DNA from: Adineta vaga
Taxonomy: Eukaryota; Animalia; Rotifera
Direction of reading: 5' to 3'
Assembly (NCBI GenBank): GCA_021613535.1
Contig: CP075493.1
Location: 12,028,001 to 12,092,000, forward strand
Length of the DNA: 64,000 nt
Shown: positions 1 to 13,367 of the stretch, piece by piece
How the letters are laid out: each line of letters starts with the position of its first letter
Numbering within the stretch: the stretch's first letter is position 1
The notes under the pieces: model-generated
Database searches by the model: none
What the model saw: only the letters and a program-made list of their open reading frames with translations
What the model was told of the DNA's origin: nothing
Position numbers and translations under genes: made by a program

Positions 1-29
1 AAATGAAAGAAAGAATATGTTTATTTTAG

Positions 30-3000
30 GCTGATATTGTTCTTCTATCAACTAGTACAGCAAATGGTATTTGTTTTCTTGAAACAGCTGAATTAGATGG
101 AGAAGTAAATCTGAAATTACGTCAAGCTTTAAAAGAAACATGTGTTCTTGAAGATCATATCGATCAATTATCCAGTTTTCGTGGTAGAAATTCATTCATT
201 CAATGTTAAAAATTACAAAATTTTGTTTTTCAGGTGAAATTGAATGTCAACCACCGAATAATAATCTTCGACATTTTGAAGGAAATCTATCATGGAATGA
301 AAGAATATTTACATTGAAGAATGAAAATGTTCTTTTACGTGGAACAATACTCAAAAATACAGAATGGATTTTTGGTGGTATAAAAATTTATTTTCTAAAA
401 AAAACAAGATTTTATATTTCTAATTTGATATTTTCAGTCGTTTGTTATGCTGGTTTAGATACAAAAGTCATGCAGAATAGTGGCAAAGCACAATTTAAGC
501 GAACTAAAATTGATCATTTACTCAATCGATTTATAATTAGTGTAAGAATATCATTTTTCTTCTTATCATCTCAATATGTTTCTTATTTAGATTTTTCTTT
601 TCTTACTTATCATGTGTACAATAATGACAATCTGTAGTGGTATTTGGGAATCATCAGTTGGTTATTATTTCCGTATTTACGTCCGATGGGAAACCTATAT
701 ATCTACAGATCGACAAATTGGTGCACTTGAAAAAAGTTTATTAACATTCTTATCATATGTCATTATCTTACATACCGTTATTCCAATATCACTTTATGTT
801 AGTGTAGAAATGATTCGTTTAGTACAATCAAAATGGATTGATTGGGATAATAAAATGTATTATGCACCAAATAATGTACAGGCACAAGCTCGTACAACGA
901 CATTGAATGAAGAATTAGGACAAATACAATATATTTTCTCTGATAAAACAGGAACATTGACTCAGGTAATTTATTGAACAATGACTTCTATTCTGATCAT
1001 TATCTTTAGAATATTATGACATTTAAAAAATGCTCAATTCGAGGTAAACTTTATGGTTATATATTGAATGAAGCTGGTGATGAAATACACAATATTGAAG
1101 TAAGATTTCGTTTTTTTTTATTCACATTCTATTATCGAATTATGTCATAGAACTTAAAAGCTGTTGAATTACACGATAATAATTATGATGTTCAATGGTA
1201 TGATACGAAATTATTGGATGCAATTGAAAACAATGATGAAGATGTGAAGAATTTTTTTATATTATTATCTCTTTGTCATACAGTTATGTCTGAAGAGAAA
1301 GATGGTGATATTATTTATCAAGCACAATCACCGGATGATGAAGCACTTGTTTCTGCGTCACGTGCTTTTGGATTTATGTTTGTTGTAGGATTTCTTTTGT
1401 GACAATAATATTTACTCTATTCCTTTAATTTGAATATGTATAGGATCGTACTCAAAGTACTATTACAGTTCGTTTTGGAAATAATAAAGAAGAAACGTAT
1501 GATTTATTACAAATACTTGATTTTGATAATGATCGCAAACGAATGTCGGTATGTTTTGTTTTTCTAAAAACTTTTTTTTTCTTTTTATGATCGTTTTTAT
1601 AGGTTATTGTTAAACAACATGGAAGAATATTTTTATATTGTAAAGGAGCAGATTGGAAAATAAAGCAGCGTTTAGCTCCGTCAGAAAAGAATTTAATGAC
1701 ATTGACTAACGAACATTTACATGTGAGTAATCTTTTGCTATTGTCTTGAGAATATTTTTCTTTTTTCTTTGCAGAAATTTGCAACAGATGGTTTACGAAC
1801 TCTTTGTTTAGCGTATAGAGAATTGAATGAAAATGATTATAATAGATGGGCTCAAAAATTACATGTCGCAACGTATATTATATTTAAAAATAGTCTCTCG
1901 TATGTTTTACTTTTAAATTTTTAGAATAAGTATGGAAAATCGAAATGAAAAAATCAATAATGCCTATGAAGAAATTGAAAGAAATTTGATATTAATTGGT
2001 GCTACAGCTATCGAAGATAAACTACAAGATGGTGTACCAGAATGTATCGAACGTTTAACATCAGCTGGTATTAAAATTTGGGTATTGACCGGTGATAAAC
2101 TAGGTAAGTTGAATAATTTCTAGTGGAGTTATTTATCTATGTTTCTTAAAAAATTTATTTAAGAAACAGCAGAAAATATTGGTTTTTCATGTCGATTATT
2201 AACGAATGGTTTAGTTCTTTATCATATTGAAGATGAGAATGAAGATTCTGTTGAGAATAGATTACAAGAAATTCGAAATAAAATAATAACTACAATTGAA
2301 CAAATATTCCATGTTCAAATTGAAGATAAAACTAAAAGACTTAACTGGGAAGATTGGGGAATCGATATTATGAAATTGAATCAACAAAGTACCAATAGAA
2401 CACCATATTCCAATGGTCATCGAACTACGATAATTGATAGAATTGAACAAGATACTGAACAATTCGAAGGTTTCGGTTTACTAATTACTGGACAAGCATT
2501 AATGTTTGCTTTGAATGAAAAATTACAAATGAAATTTCTTGAAATTAGTACAATGTGTCAAGCTGTCGTTTGTTGTAGTGTTACACCATTACAAAAAGCT
2601 CAAGTGGTGGATTTAGTTATGAAAAATGAGAACAAAATTACATTAGCAATTGGTGATGGAGCTAATGATGTATCGATGATAAAAAGTAATTATCATATAT
2701 AAAAATACATTATTCTGTATTAAATATTCTTTTTAGAAGCACATATTGGTGTTGGTATAAGTGGTCAAGAAGGTCGACAAGCTGTACTAGCAAGTGATTA
2801 TAGTTTAGGACAATTTCGTTTTCTTGAAAGATTATTACTTGTACATGGTCGTTGGTCATATTTAAGAATTAGTAAATTTCTACGTTATTTTTTCTATAAA
2901 AATGTCGCTTTTACATTATGTCATTTTTGGTTCGGATTTTTTTCTGGTTTTACTGCACAAGTTAGTAACGAAGAAGAATTGAATTCTTTAATTTTTTTTT

Positions 3001-4085
3001 CTTCATCTTTTAGACATTATACGATCCATTCTTCATTGCAACATACAATATCTTCTTTACATCATTACCTGTTCTAGTTTTAGGCGTATCAGATCAAGTA
3101 AGTTACGAATTTATTTCTATATTGATATATGATTTGTCTAATAGGATATCAGCGCTGATCATTCACTAAGTAAACCATATTTGTAAGTTAGAGTTGAGTT
3201 CTTTCTTCGAGATTATAATACCTATTGTTCATGTTCTATTAAAGATACAAATTTGGTCAAAATAATAAATTATTTAATAAAAAAATCTTTGCTGAAAGTA
3301 TTATCCATGGAATAGTAACATCATGTATTATATTTTTTATCCCATATTTATCTGTAATACATAGTACACGATCAGATGGAATCATAGTTAATGATTTACA
3401 ATCCTTTAGTTTTACAATTGCAACGATATTAATTATTATTGTGAATTTAGAAAATGCATTCGAAATATTCTATTGGACTAGTTTTTATCATTTTGTTCTA
3501 TGGGGGACAATAGTTGCACATTTTCTATTTCATTTTGTATTATATTCAACAATAATTCGAAAACTTTATCGGAAAAGAAATTATCCTTATGTCGGTGTAG
3601 CACAAGTTGTTCTATCAACAGATCAATTTTGGTTTACATTAATTCTTACATGTGTTATCTTGTTGTTACCAATATTTTTCCGAGAGTATGTGTTTGAAAT
3701 ACGAAAGATTTCTTTTTGTTTGAATTTTTATATTAAAGATTTTTCCGAATACGATTTATGCCAAATGAAATTGATCGCGCTAGATTGAATCAAAAATTTC
3801 GTATCGAAGAAAAAGCATCATTTCTTACAGATATGCAACATGAACTTCGTCGAGTCAAACGAACCACTCGATCTACGTATGCGTTTTCACAAGAAAAAGG
3901 TTGGGGTCGATTGATTACTTCCGGGCTTATGCAATCAAAATCAATCCCACGTGGCCCATCATCATCGCTAAATACTACAAAAGTAAGGACATATCTGTTG
4001 TTATCTCCCTCAATAAATCACATACATTGTCCTTCTTTTACGTCCTATTGTTTATTTTTGTTAAACTATTTAGACTGTTATTTAA
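30..4085 (+). CDS. P4-type ATPase (phospholipid flippase), ATP8B-like; 5'-partial, multi-exon
   Basis: Spliced exons encode DGExNLK, LLRG, P4-specific PISL, phosphorylation site [46 protein letters not shown] and C-terminal [14 protein letters not shown]. Many ~50-60 nt GT-AG introns. Last exon inferred as intron 3983-4073 followed by T-V-I-stop. Confidence 0.96.
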
Positions 4086-4518
4086 CGTCGACTTCAGCGC
4101 GAAATCAAATTTGGAAGAATGCTGTAAACATTGTATTAATATGTTCAGGTTTTTCTACTCATTGATGTTACGATATATTCACATCTCACACCAATGTGTT
4201 TTTTTTTCAGCTATTTATTTATTTATTTATATATATACAAGATTTTCGTCCATACACATGAAAAGCCTCCGTTTTAAAATCTGAATACTACCAATGACAT
4301 TTTCGACAGAGCATCTTCTTAAAAAGTCCTTCATAAGAAGTACACCACCACGCAAATGTTTCGTTTTTTCTCGGATCATCATGATGCAAAACAAAAATAT
4401 CGAAGCGTACTTTTGAACGTGGACATTGTCGAACCCATTCTTGATTATGATCTCTCTGACCAAATTTATGCGAAACATTAAAATCATATTTACGAAAAGT
4501 GGAAATCAACATTTGATC

Positions 4519-4761
4519 CGTGATTTTTCAATTTTCAGGAATATTTTAGTGAGAAATGCGCTGATTACTAATCAGTCTGGCATATTTCCATTGACAAAAA
4601 ATTTCCATTGTTTGACTCATCTCAATCAATTCAAAAAAAGTTCGTGAATTTATTATTTATTACATTATGTCATACAACAAACTCTTTTATAATCTGCGTG
4701 CAGATTGACTAGTAATCAGCACATTTCTCAGTAAAATATTTTTAAAAATTGAAAAATAACG
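4519..4761. mobile_element. Short imperfect inverted-repeat element (MITE-like / DNA transposon remnant)
   Basis: 4519-4579 (cgtgatttttcaattttcaggaatattttagtgagaaatgcgctgattactaatcagtctg) is the near reverse complement of 4701-4761, with a ~120 nt spacer. No TSD identified. Confidence 0.6.
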
Positions 4762-5302
4762 TGTGAAATCGATAGAACTCGTCGAGTTCTACTTAGACCC
4801 ACAATGATCAAAGTTGAAATGCATACTCATGAGAATCCGTCGTGGAAAAGATCGAATCCGCAGCTAAGATATCCTACGTGTGAAATCGATCTTCCTCATC
4901 GTCTACAACGATTATTTCAATACCAATTTTCGAATAACAGATTACACGTTCAACTATCATCCGATGAGTATCTATCTTTAATGGTAAATCAGAAACTGAC
5001 GAATAGAGCTTGTCGTATCCTGCTGAACCATTCCAAGGAGAGTCATCATCGTCACTCATGATTGCCCAATTGAAAGTCACTTGCAACTCGTTTCGTACGT
5101 CTCGTTATATAGACAAGAACAAGATGTTGGAGTTTCCCAATGAAAACTTGATATTCTGTCGTCGAAAGATCTCTTATAATCTATCAAAGATAACAGACAC
5201 GTTCTTCTAACTACCTACCTTTTTCAAGTGTCCAGAAAATAAGATGACAAATAAAACATTAGCATTTATTCTTCGTAAAGAAAAAAAGAGAAGAGTCGTA
5301 TG

Positions 5303-7609
5303 TTAATACGATGAATCGGTCGATGAAGATGAGCGTTTCTTCTTGATCACATCGAGACTATTCTGAAAGAGGGAGAGATGAGGATGATCGATGGATTTGG
5401 CAATGTTAACAGCATCTTCGAAATAGGATTGTGCTGTCGAGAATGTCTTCATACTTTCATAGATGACTCCCATATTATTATAGGCCGTGGCTAAATCAGG
5501 ATGGTTGCCAGGAAGAACTTTCTGTCGGATCTTCAGTGCTTTTTCAAAAAACGCAAGAGCTTTGGGAAAATCAGCCATTTTCAAATAGAGAATACCCATG
5601 CCACTGTAAGTAAAGGCCAAATCAGGATGATCGGTGGAGAAATGAATTTCTCGAATGACTAATGCTTTTTGATGAGCACTCAATGCTTTCGGATAATTAC
5701 CCATACTACAATAAACTGATCCAATATTATGATAGGACTCTCCAATATCGGGATGATTAGCTGGAAGAGAAATCTCACGAATATCTAACGCTTTTTGATG
5801 AAAACAAAGCGATTGACAATAATCGTTCAGATTTTCATAGACACCTCCGATGTTATTGTATGTCGTGGCTAAATCAGGATGATTATTCGGTAAATTGTTC
5901 TGCTCAATTTCCAAAGATTTGTTATAAAATGACAATGCCTGCGAATACTTTTGCTCTTTCATGTATCCAATGGCCATGTTGGTGTACAAGACAGCCAGCG
6001 AAGGATGATTGGCAGGAAGAGTTTTCTCACGAATGGTAAGAGCTTGTTCATAGAATGACAGTGCCTTCGAGTAATCGCCGTTGCTGAAATGCGCTGCACC
6101 CATGCTGTTGTAACAAGTGGCTATGTGAGAATGATCCGATGGAAGAACTTCGAGGAAAATATCTAGTGCATTTTGATAGGTAGCGATTGCTTGGGTGTAT
6201 TCACCTTGTTGATATTTAACGCAGCCAAGTTGATGATAAAAGTAACCTTTGATAGGCTCATCGGAAGTCTGTTCGAGCAGAAATTGATAGACATTTTCTG
6301 CTTGTTTACTTTGACCAAGTCGGATTAATAGACGACCTAATCGATGCCATCCGGATGCTCCTTGAGTGTCTTGACGAAGACGTGCGAGCAGATCGCGGAG
6401 TCGTGGATCATTGTCCGCCGTTAGTGTTAGGTGCACTTCCCACAGACGATCATCCTTGTCGATCGCCTTGATTTCATCGATACGAAAGACGGTATTCATA
6501 GCAAAAAGAATCTCCTGTTCTGTATCGGCATAATAACTGACGTTAGTCAGTGAAGCAAATGGTGTGGAAGACACGGCAGGATCAATATTCATCGTGTAGA
6601 GAATTCCTACGAAATCAGGATTACCCAAGGCACATCGGGCGAAATTCATCGATACACGTTTCTCCTTGCTAGTCGAGAGGAAATTATTGAAAGCCAATAA
6701 TCCACCTTTTGTTCGACGCAATTTCTCCAAATATGTCTTGGTCAATCCTTGTCCGCGATAAACAGTAAATGGTATTTGATTGTCAGCAAATTGTTCCATA
6801 TGAAGTTGTTGTAAATGATCAGACAGATGCCGAAGAAAGAAGCGCATCTTCAGAATCACATGGATATCGAACAAACGAAGACTCCGATTAAGCATCGGAT
6901 AGAGAAAACATTCATAGGTATACCACCAAACAGGAGAATGATCGTGATATTCTCGAACAAATTGATCGATATTCTTCAATTCCAAAGCATTATCAATATA
7001 GAGATGACGACAATAACTAGCGAGTTCTTCTCGTGGCTTTTCATCATTGTCATCATTAATTTCCAGAAGAATTTCTTTGAGAAGTTGAGTGTACATAAAC
7101 GAAGGTTCAAGTTGATCGAGACGTACAATGTCACTTTCTCCACTCGTGGAAACAAGACTGATTTGAATGGAGTCGTCATTCGATTGACGTTTCGCTCGTT
7201 GTAAGGCACCACAGAGGGAGTCGATGTCCATAAAAACACCTTTGATCTTCGAGTAATTATCGATCCATTTTGTATTACTGAATGTATCAGTACCAAAAAC
7301 ATAGATCGTCTCGATTTGTTGTAAATCATCAAAGAGCGAGATGATCTTCTCTCCTGAACATTCTGAGACAATCATCGATATTCCATCATCGGTAGTTTTC
7401 GTGACGAAATCAATGCATTTCTGTGTATTTGTGAATGTATCGATTTTCTTCACCATAGATCGTAGTCGATCGAGATTCGAACGAAAGTGCTTGTCGGATT
7501 CGTCGAGATGAGAATCGAGCCAGATCAAATGAAGATTTTGTTCAAAGACTGACCTCTCAGCATCATGGGACGTCATTGATAATGCCATAGTAGAAGAATT
7601 AGCTGCCAT
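5303..7609 (-). CDS. Receiver-like N-terminal domain + R-S-E type ADP-ribosyltransferase + TPR repeats
   Basis: ART motifs VYRG, FLSTS and EQEILF. About 7-8 42-aa kinesin-light-chain-type TPRs (HPDLATTYNNIG..Y). First in-frame ATG is at 7609 (track start is TTG). Intronless and visibly more GC-rich than the flanks. Confidence 0.9.
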   Translation of the reverse strand: MAANSSTMALSMTSHDAERSVFEQNLHLIWLDSHLDESDKHFRSNLDRLRSMVKKIDTFTNTQKCIDFVTKTTDDGISMIVSECSGEKIISLFDDLQQIETIYVFGTDTFSNTKWIDNYSKIKGVFMDIDSLCGALQRAKRQSNDDSIQISLVSTSGESDIVRLDQLEPSFMYTQLLKEILLEINDDNDEKPREELASYCRHLYIDNALELKNIDQFVREYHDHSPVWWYTYECFLYPMLNRSLRLFDIHVILKMRFFLRHLSDHLQQLHMEQFADNQIPFTVYRGQGLTKTYLEKLRRTKGGLLAFNNFLSTSKEKRVSMNFARCALGNPDFVGILYTMNIDPAVSSTPFASLTNVSYYADTEQEILFAMNTVFRIDEIKAIDKDDRLWEVHLTLTADNDPRLRDLLARLRQDTQGASGWHRLGRLLIRLGQSKQAENVYQFLLEQTSDEPIKGYFYHQLGCVKYQQGEYTQAIATYQNALDIFLEVLPSDHSHIATCYNSMGAAHFSNGDYSKALSFYEQALTIREKTLPANHPSLAVLYTNMAIGYMKEQKYSQALSFYNKSLEIEQNNLPNNHPDLATTYNNIGGVYENLNDYCQSLCFHQKALDIREISLPANHPDIGESYHNIGSVYCSMGNYPKALSAHQKALVIREIHFSTDHPDLAFTYSGMGILYLKMADFPKALAFFEKALKIRQKVLPGNHPDLATAYNNMGVIYESMKTFSTAQSYFEDAVNIAKSIDHPHLSLFQNSLDVIKKKRSSSSTDSSY

Positions 7610-9133
7610 GGTCGAATGTGTTTTAGGCAATATTCAACCGCAAACGAGAGACAAAAATATCTATGATGAAAACAAGACCAGAATAGTGTCGATGACTTTA
7701 TTTGCCACAAAAAACTCGGTTCAAACTCAGATTTAATCGAACCACGTGACGTTTTTTGTCCTCTTTTCTCGGTCGTTTTTCTCTTTTCTTACATGGTCTT
7801 ATTTGCCAAACATGCATCGAGAGTGGCAACCCAACTTGATTGAGTGTTTGCCGTACAGCTTTTTTTTTCTTTTTATCGAAGCAAGCAATGCCGTGATGTT
7901 GCAATAACAAATATCACCATTCTTGTTCGGTTATTCACACAAAGCATCAAACTCAAAAGTAGAAGAGAGAAATTTAAAGAAAGAAGATTTCTATTACATC
8001 ATCGAGTAATACCATACGTCAGATCGTGACAAAGTTTTTTCCTTTGCAAATAGTTCGTTGTAAACATTCCTCACCCTCAAAAGAAGACATGCAACGGCAA
8101 TCATCAGTATCAACACTACAAAGGCATTACGAGAGGCTGCACTGAACTCATATCACCATGACAAGGAAAGATCTTCTTGATTGTCTCACATATTTCAGTA
8201 TATTTAAATGAGCAAGATGATAAGTAGAGTACTCAAACAATTCTTAATTTAACATCAACATCGATTAATGATGCTATATATTTGAAATGAGACGGAATTA
8301 TGTACAAACAATTTCTTTCATATTCCTGCATGAAAAATAATACGATAGACCGCTGATAAAGTAGATTTTATTTTATTCAAAACATGAAAAAAACTTAGAG
8401 TTTGCACGCAACATTGATATGTAGACTAGAATGAATAAACGTCCGAAATGATTATTTCTGTCTCTTTTCCTTCCATTGGTAGACGTTCTCTAAGGGTTGT
8501 ATGAACTAAAGCTCTACCATCATTATCATTTATAATATTATTGCTTATCTTTTCAATCGAAATCATATCAACAATGAAAAGTAACACCTATACGAAGCAT
8601 GTTATGTTTTTGTTAACTGTGTAAAATAAACTCGATCTTTTACAACTTCGATAATTCTTCCAGCTTCTTTCTGATATAGTAATTACTGAGTACAAAAAAA
8701 TAATAATACAATAGATCTGCTACATAGCAGGTGTTTTCTTTACTTTATCATTTGGCGATTGTCAGAGGTATAGTTCACATACTAAAAGCAACGCTTATTT
8801 TCTATTATTATTTATGAAATTAAAATGAACTTGATATTTTGGATCAATTCATATTCAGTTAATAAAATATCTAAACAAAAACTGCAAAGTTGTTCTAAAG
8901 AAGAGACGTCTTGTTAGTTTTAATTAACTATTGAGAGTCATGTTCCAGAAAAGTTTCAAATACTCAAGGATAGCATACAAATTACCTTCATTATAAGATC
9001 AAGTAGGACATACATGGTCGCAGTTCTAAAAGATAGTGATAAGAATTCAAATGTTTATTTGATTTGATAAAAAAATGAAGATTATCACTACAGCAAACAA
9101 CAATGAATACAATATTGATTGTTTACATCCCAT

Positions 9134-10216
9134 CTAACGATGACCTGATACCGACCATGCTGTTACCAGTTGTGTTCGTGTTCTGCGTAACATATATAAA
9201 ACTTGTTGCTTCAATATCGATCGAAACAATTGACTACTCATCGTATTTAGATAAAATGTTTTACAATAATTCAAATAATAAAACCATGTCGAAATATAGG
9301 ACACTGTCATAAAGAACGGTGTAGATGGTACACTACGAAAGAGATTGTTGATATAGAGAACAACATAGGGAAAGTTCAACAAAATAGTGAGACACACTTG
9401 CAATAGAAGCATAATAATTAGATGACGATTGGCACGACTAATTGTTGGAACAGAACTTCCATTTGTGACCATACATAAGCTACCAGGTTCCGTAGGTGCT
9501 CTTGCTACAATAGGAGCAACGGCAGCTCTACATTGTGTTTGACGCACATGACGAATAATAAATATTCCAAAAAGAGCCAAAAAGAATGGAATAACTGCAC
9601 CATTGAAAAGTGCAAAAAAGAATCCATCAACAATAAGAAAAAAAGTGTAGATTTCTCTGGGAGGTGAACATCCTACTGTTGTAGATGTTGGTGTATATTT
9701 TCTTAGATCATACGCGATTACTGTGTGTAACGAGAAGAGACCCCAAATGACGAAAACACATAGTATAACAATACGACTAATTTTGATTGTACTGATCTTT
9801 CGTAATGTTGCTCGTCGTGATGATGAACAGAAACGATCAATCGATGCACATGTTATATAAAGTGATGAGAGACAAGGAAACATAAATATGCCGAAATTAC
9901 CGAATTTACACCAGAATAATGTCCGTGCAAATTGTTGATACACTTGTGGATTGAATAATGATAGAATTTTCATGAGAATAAAGATATTACAGATAAATAA
10001 ATCGCATAAAGATGCTGCAAGAAAATACATTGAACATGAATTTGATCGTAATTGTTTTTGTAAGAAGGTAAACATATTTAAAAGTCCACCACAAATACCA
10101 CTAACATAAAGAATGATTGCAATGTATCGATCAGCAACAGCTAATATTTGTTTTGTTAGAACAATATCCCATGAAGTTTCAACAGTTGTATTCGTCAAGT
10201 TTGAAGAGAGCGACAT
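9134..10216 (-). CDS. Orphan class A-like GPCR (7TM)
   Basis: Seven hydrophobic segments, G..LN in TM1, LAASLCD in TM2, WCK, ASIDRF, NFP, and FYL...S..FR after TM7. Intronless. Confidence 0.9.
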   Translation of the reverse strand: MSLSSNLTNTTVETSWDIVLTKQILAVADRYIAIILYVSGICGGLLNMFTFLQKQLRSNSCSMYFLAASLCDLFICNIFILMKILSLFNPQVYQQFARTLFWCKFGNFGIFMFPCLSSLYITCASIDRFCSSSRRATLRKISTIKISRIVILCVFVIWGLFSLHTVIAYDLRKYTPTSTTVGCSPPREIYTFFLIVDGFFFALFNGAVIPFFLALFGIFIIRHVRQTQCRAAVAPIVARAPTEPGSLCMVTNGSSVPTISRANRHLIIMLLLQVCLTILLNFPYVVLYINNLFRSVPSTPFFMTVSYISTWFYYLNYCKTFYLNTMSSQLFRSILKQQVLYMLRRTRTQLVTAWSVSGHR

Positions 10217-10521
10217 ATTTCGGAAAGAAGAAAGACTAAAATAGAAGAAAAAGTGTGAGTTTTATTTTGAAATCAAGAGATTATATTTTTGAATTAACAT
10301 ATTATATATGAAGGATTCATTTTTCTCTTCAAAATAGATTCCGTCTATCTTATTAGTAACTGGAAGAAATAGATAATTGATTTCATTATATATATTAACA
10401 GATAACTAAATATAGAAAGTTGAGGGTGCATCGAATATATGAATATGCTGATTATTTTTATTGATGAGTAAAAGAAAAAAGTGCAAAAAATTGATTAAAT
10501 ATAGAGTTAGATTAAAATAAG

Positions 10522-13367
10522 CTAATGATGCTGATGAAATAACATTTCATGTGCCGTTTCAACACGATTACTCGATTTATCACCACATGGAGCAGTAATT
10601 CGATTCCATAGTGGTGCAATAAGAAGTTTACATATAAGAAATGTCATTGCACATATTTCAAGACATAAGAATGCAAATAGAAGAGTACGAAATATAATTT
10701 CAGCTTGTTTAGCAATAGGTGATTGAGCATTTTTTATATAATAGGATGTTTCACTAATATCAATTGTTAATGTTGTGGTTGAACGATTAGCAGTCTTAAC
10801 ATAATATTCATTTGTTATGAACATTTCATGGAGACTGTAAGTAAATGTTGGATACCATAAAGCTTCAAATTCTGAAGTATCACCAGATAATGGTTCTGTT
10901 TCATTAATAACCTATTCAAATCAAAAAGAAAAACAAATGAAATTATCTATGAAACAATCGATTACCTTTGTAAGTACGAGATGAAGAGTTGCTATTTGAG
11001 CAAATGTTTCAGCAGATTGACTATAAAATGATTGACGAAAGTTGAGTTGTTTCAATGTACTCGAATCGTTCTGTGTACCAGGACCTGATAAACCAACACG
11101 AATACCACCAATGAGTTGAATATCACTAAAAACTGCTTTAAGTGTTATATCATGTTGCGGTAATTGAAGTGTAGTAAGAAGTGTTCCATTTGTATTAACA
11201 CAAGATGATAATGGTAAAGTTGTTGTCGATAATTCTGTCACTTCGGTAATTGAAAATGCCATACAAGTTGATGCTGTATTGATAAAATCTAATTGAAGAG
11301 TAAAATTTTGATTATTTAATAGATCAAAGATTATTTGTTCTTCATCAGATACAGGAACAGCTAATGCTTTTAATTTAGATTCAAATTCAGCATTACGAAG
11401 TTCTTTATCACATGAAAACATTGATCCGTGTGCTTTTTCAGATGGATATTGATGCAAATATGAAATAGAAAAAGCATAAGCCATAGCTGATATTAAAACA
11501 ACAACAATGGATGCTAAACCACCAACCCATAGTTCACCTTCACCCTACAATATTATATGAATAAGATAATATCAAGTTATTCTTAATTACATCATCGATT
11601 ACTTACGACAAGATCTGTTCTCTGAAAAATAGTCTTAATAGTAGCTCTATATCGATCACGTTTTGGTACTGATACACAGAAATTGAGTGAGGCCATCATT
11701 AGAAGCAAAACAAAAAAGATAAATATTAGTACTAATGTCCAGAAGATTGGTGAAATATGTACACAGGTCCATGATGTACCTAATGAAAACATCTGTTGAA
11801 GAAGAATATCTTCAAATGATGTCATATCCGGTGAACGAGGATAAGCATAGGCTTGCGAAATAGAAGTAAGTAGTGATGCATTGATTTCATAAGCTGCACC
11901 CAATGGACAAAAACTATCTGCAGCACACATAGTACATGATGTTCCATTAAGACCGCCTGGATTTCGTGTTCCACTTGAACATAACTGACAAGGATGAACA
12001 CCACTATCCGGTTTAAACGTGCCACCAATACATGTAGTTGAATGACTAATAACAGGCATTGAAGCTGCGATAGGTGATTTAGTCGTATCTGTTGATGCAT
12101 AAAAACCAGCTTGTTCATTTAAAATAATAATAACTCCACCATCAGTATCGAGTACAGCAAGGGAAGAAGGTGTTGAAACAAGTCGAATTAATTTTGAATT
12201 TATTGTTGATGGTATTGGTTGTTGGGCATTTGGAATAACGGATGTCGGTATTGAAGGTATATTTGTATCATTCAATGATGTATAAATATAGATTTGTGAA
12301 GAATACCATGTAAGATAATCAGATGAATATGTTGTTGTAAGAATTGCTGCTTGTGATTGAGTTAACCATGCAACACCTTTACCAAAACCAACTGATTGAC
12401 CATTGTTCATAGAACTAGCCAATGTAAGATTTGTACCATTAGTAACAACAAATAAGAAAACTGTATTGAGAAATGGCATACCAATGAGAACTCGTGTTGA
12501 ATCATTAGAATTGATTTTTACCGACATTGTAAATTTACTACTCCAAGATTCAATTCCAGTATAAGTTAAACGTGATTGCCAAGAACTACTCGTAGCACTA
12601 TACGACCATGTTGATAATACAGTAAGATTGGAATTCCATAATAAATAAACAGTCGGCGTAGCACGTATGCGTGATCGTGATGTGCCAGCGACAAAACCTG
12701 CGACGATGGTGAATGTTGAACTGGCATCAGCTGCATATGGCATGAATGTGGAATTATTAGGCCAAACATCTGCACCAGCTTTTGTCTGTGTTGTACTCAC
12801 AGGAAATGGACGATAGGTAAAAACAAAATCAGTTGCTAAACCGATAGCATATTGACCATAAGGTTCAACAGCAATAACATAAAATTCTTGATGATCATAC
12901 GAATTCAGAAATTTAAGTTGTTCAACTTGAAAATAGTTGCAAGATAATGGTTGTCTCATATTTGAATAGAATTGTATATCATGTGGATCTCGATTAATCC
13001 ATACACCAATATAGGATCCATTACGTCCTGACGAATCCGTGGTAAAAGGACCTTGTGCTATAACTTCACCAGCGAAATAAAAATATGAATTTGTTGTTGT
13101 ATTTTGTTTTTGTCCTACACCGACTGAATAGACATAATGTGATGAATCATCGTAATCAAATGAACACTGAAGAGAATCAAATGTATAATCATATGGAGCA
13201 AATTGAACGAGAAATGTTTCACTTTCACTATTAGCTTCTACGAAGATAACATCATTAGCAGCTATTTTCAAACCATAAGCATCAAAATTAGTTGTATCAG
13301 GAGAAAAAGAACTTGCGATCGATTCACCATAGTAAAAAATTAAAAGAAAAATAGACCAGATCATCAT
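10522..13367 (-). CDS. Multipass membrane protein with signal peptide, large beta-rich ectodomain, Cys-rich (ephrin-receptor-like/GCC2-GCC3) repeat and 3 TM helices
   Basis: Exons 13367-11607, 11544-10966 and 10911-10522 join in frame via GT-AG introns. Signal peptide MMIWSIFLLIFYYGESIA. Cys-rich CIGGTFK...CQLCSSGT..C..C...FCPLGA. Three hydrophobic helices. Confidence 0.8.

Noticed and set aside
4227-5210. Short overlapping ORFs as a transposase
   Set aside because: No DDE, HTH or RT motifs recognised, and the ORFs overlap the inverted repeat.
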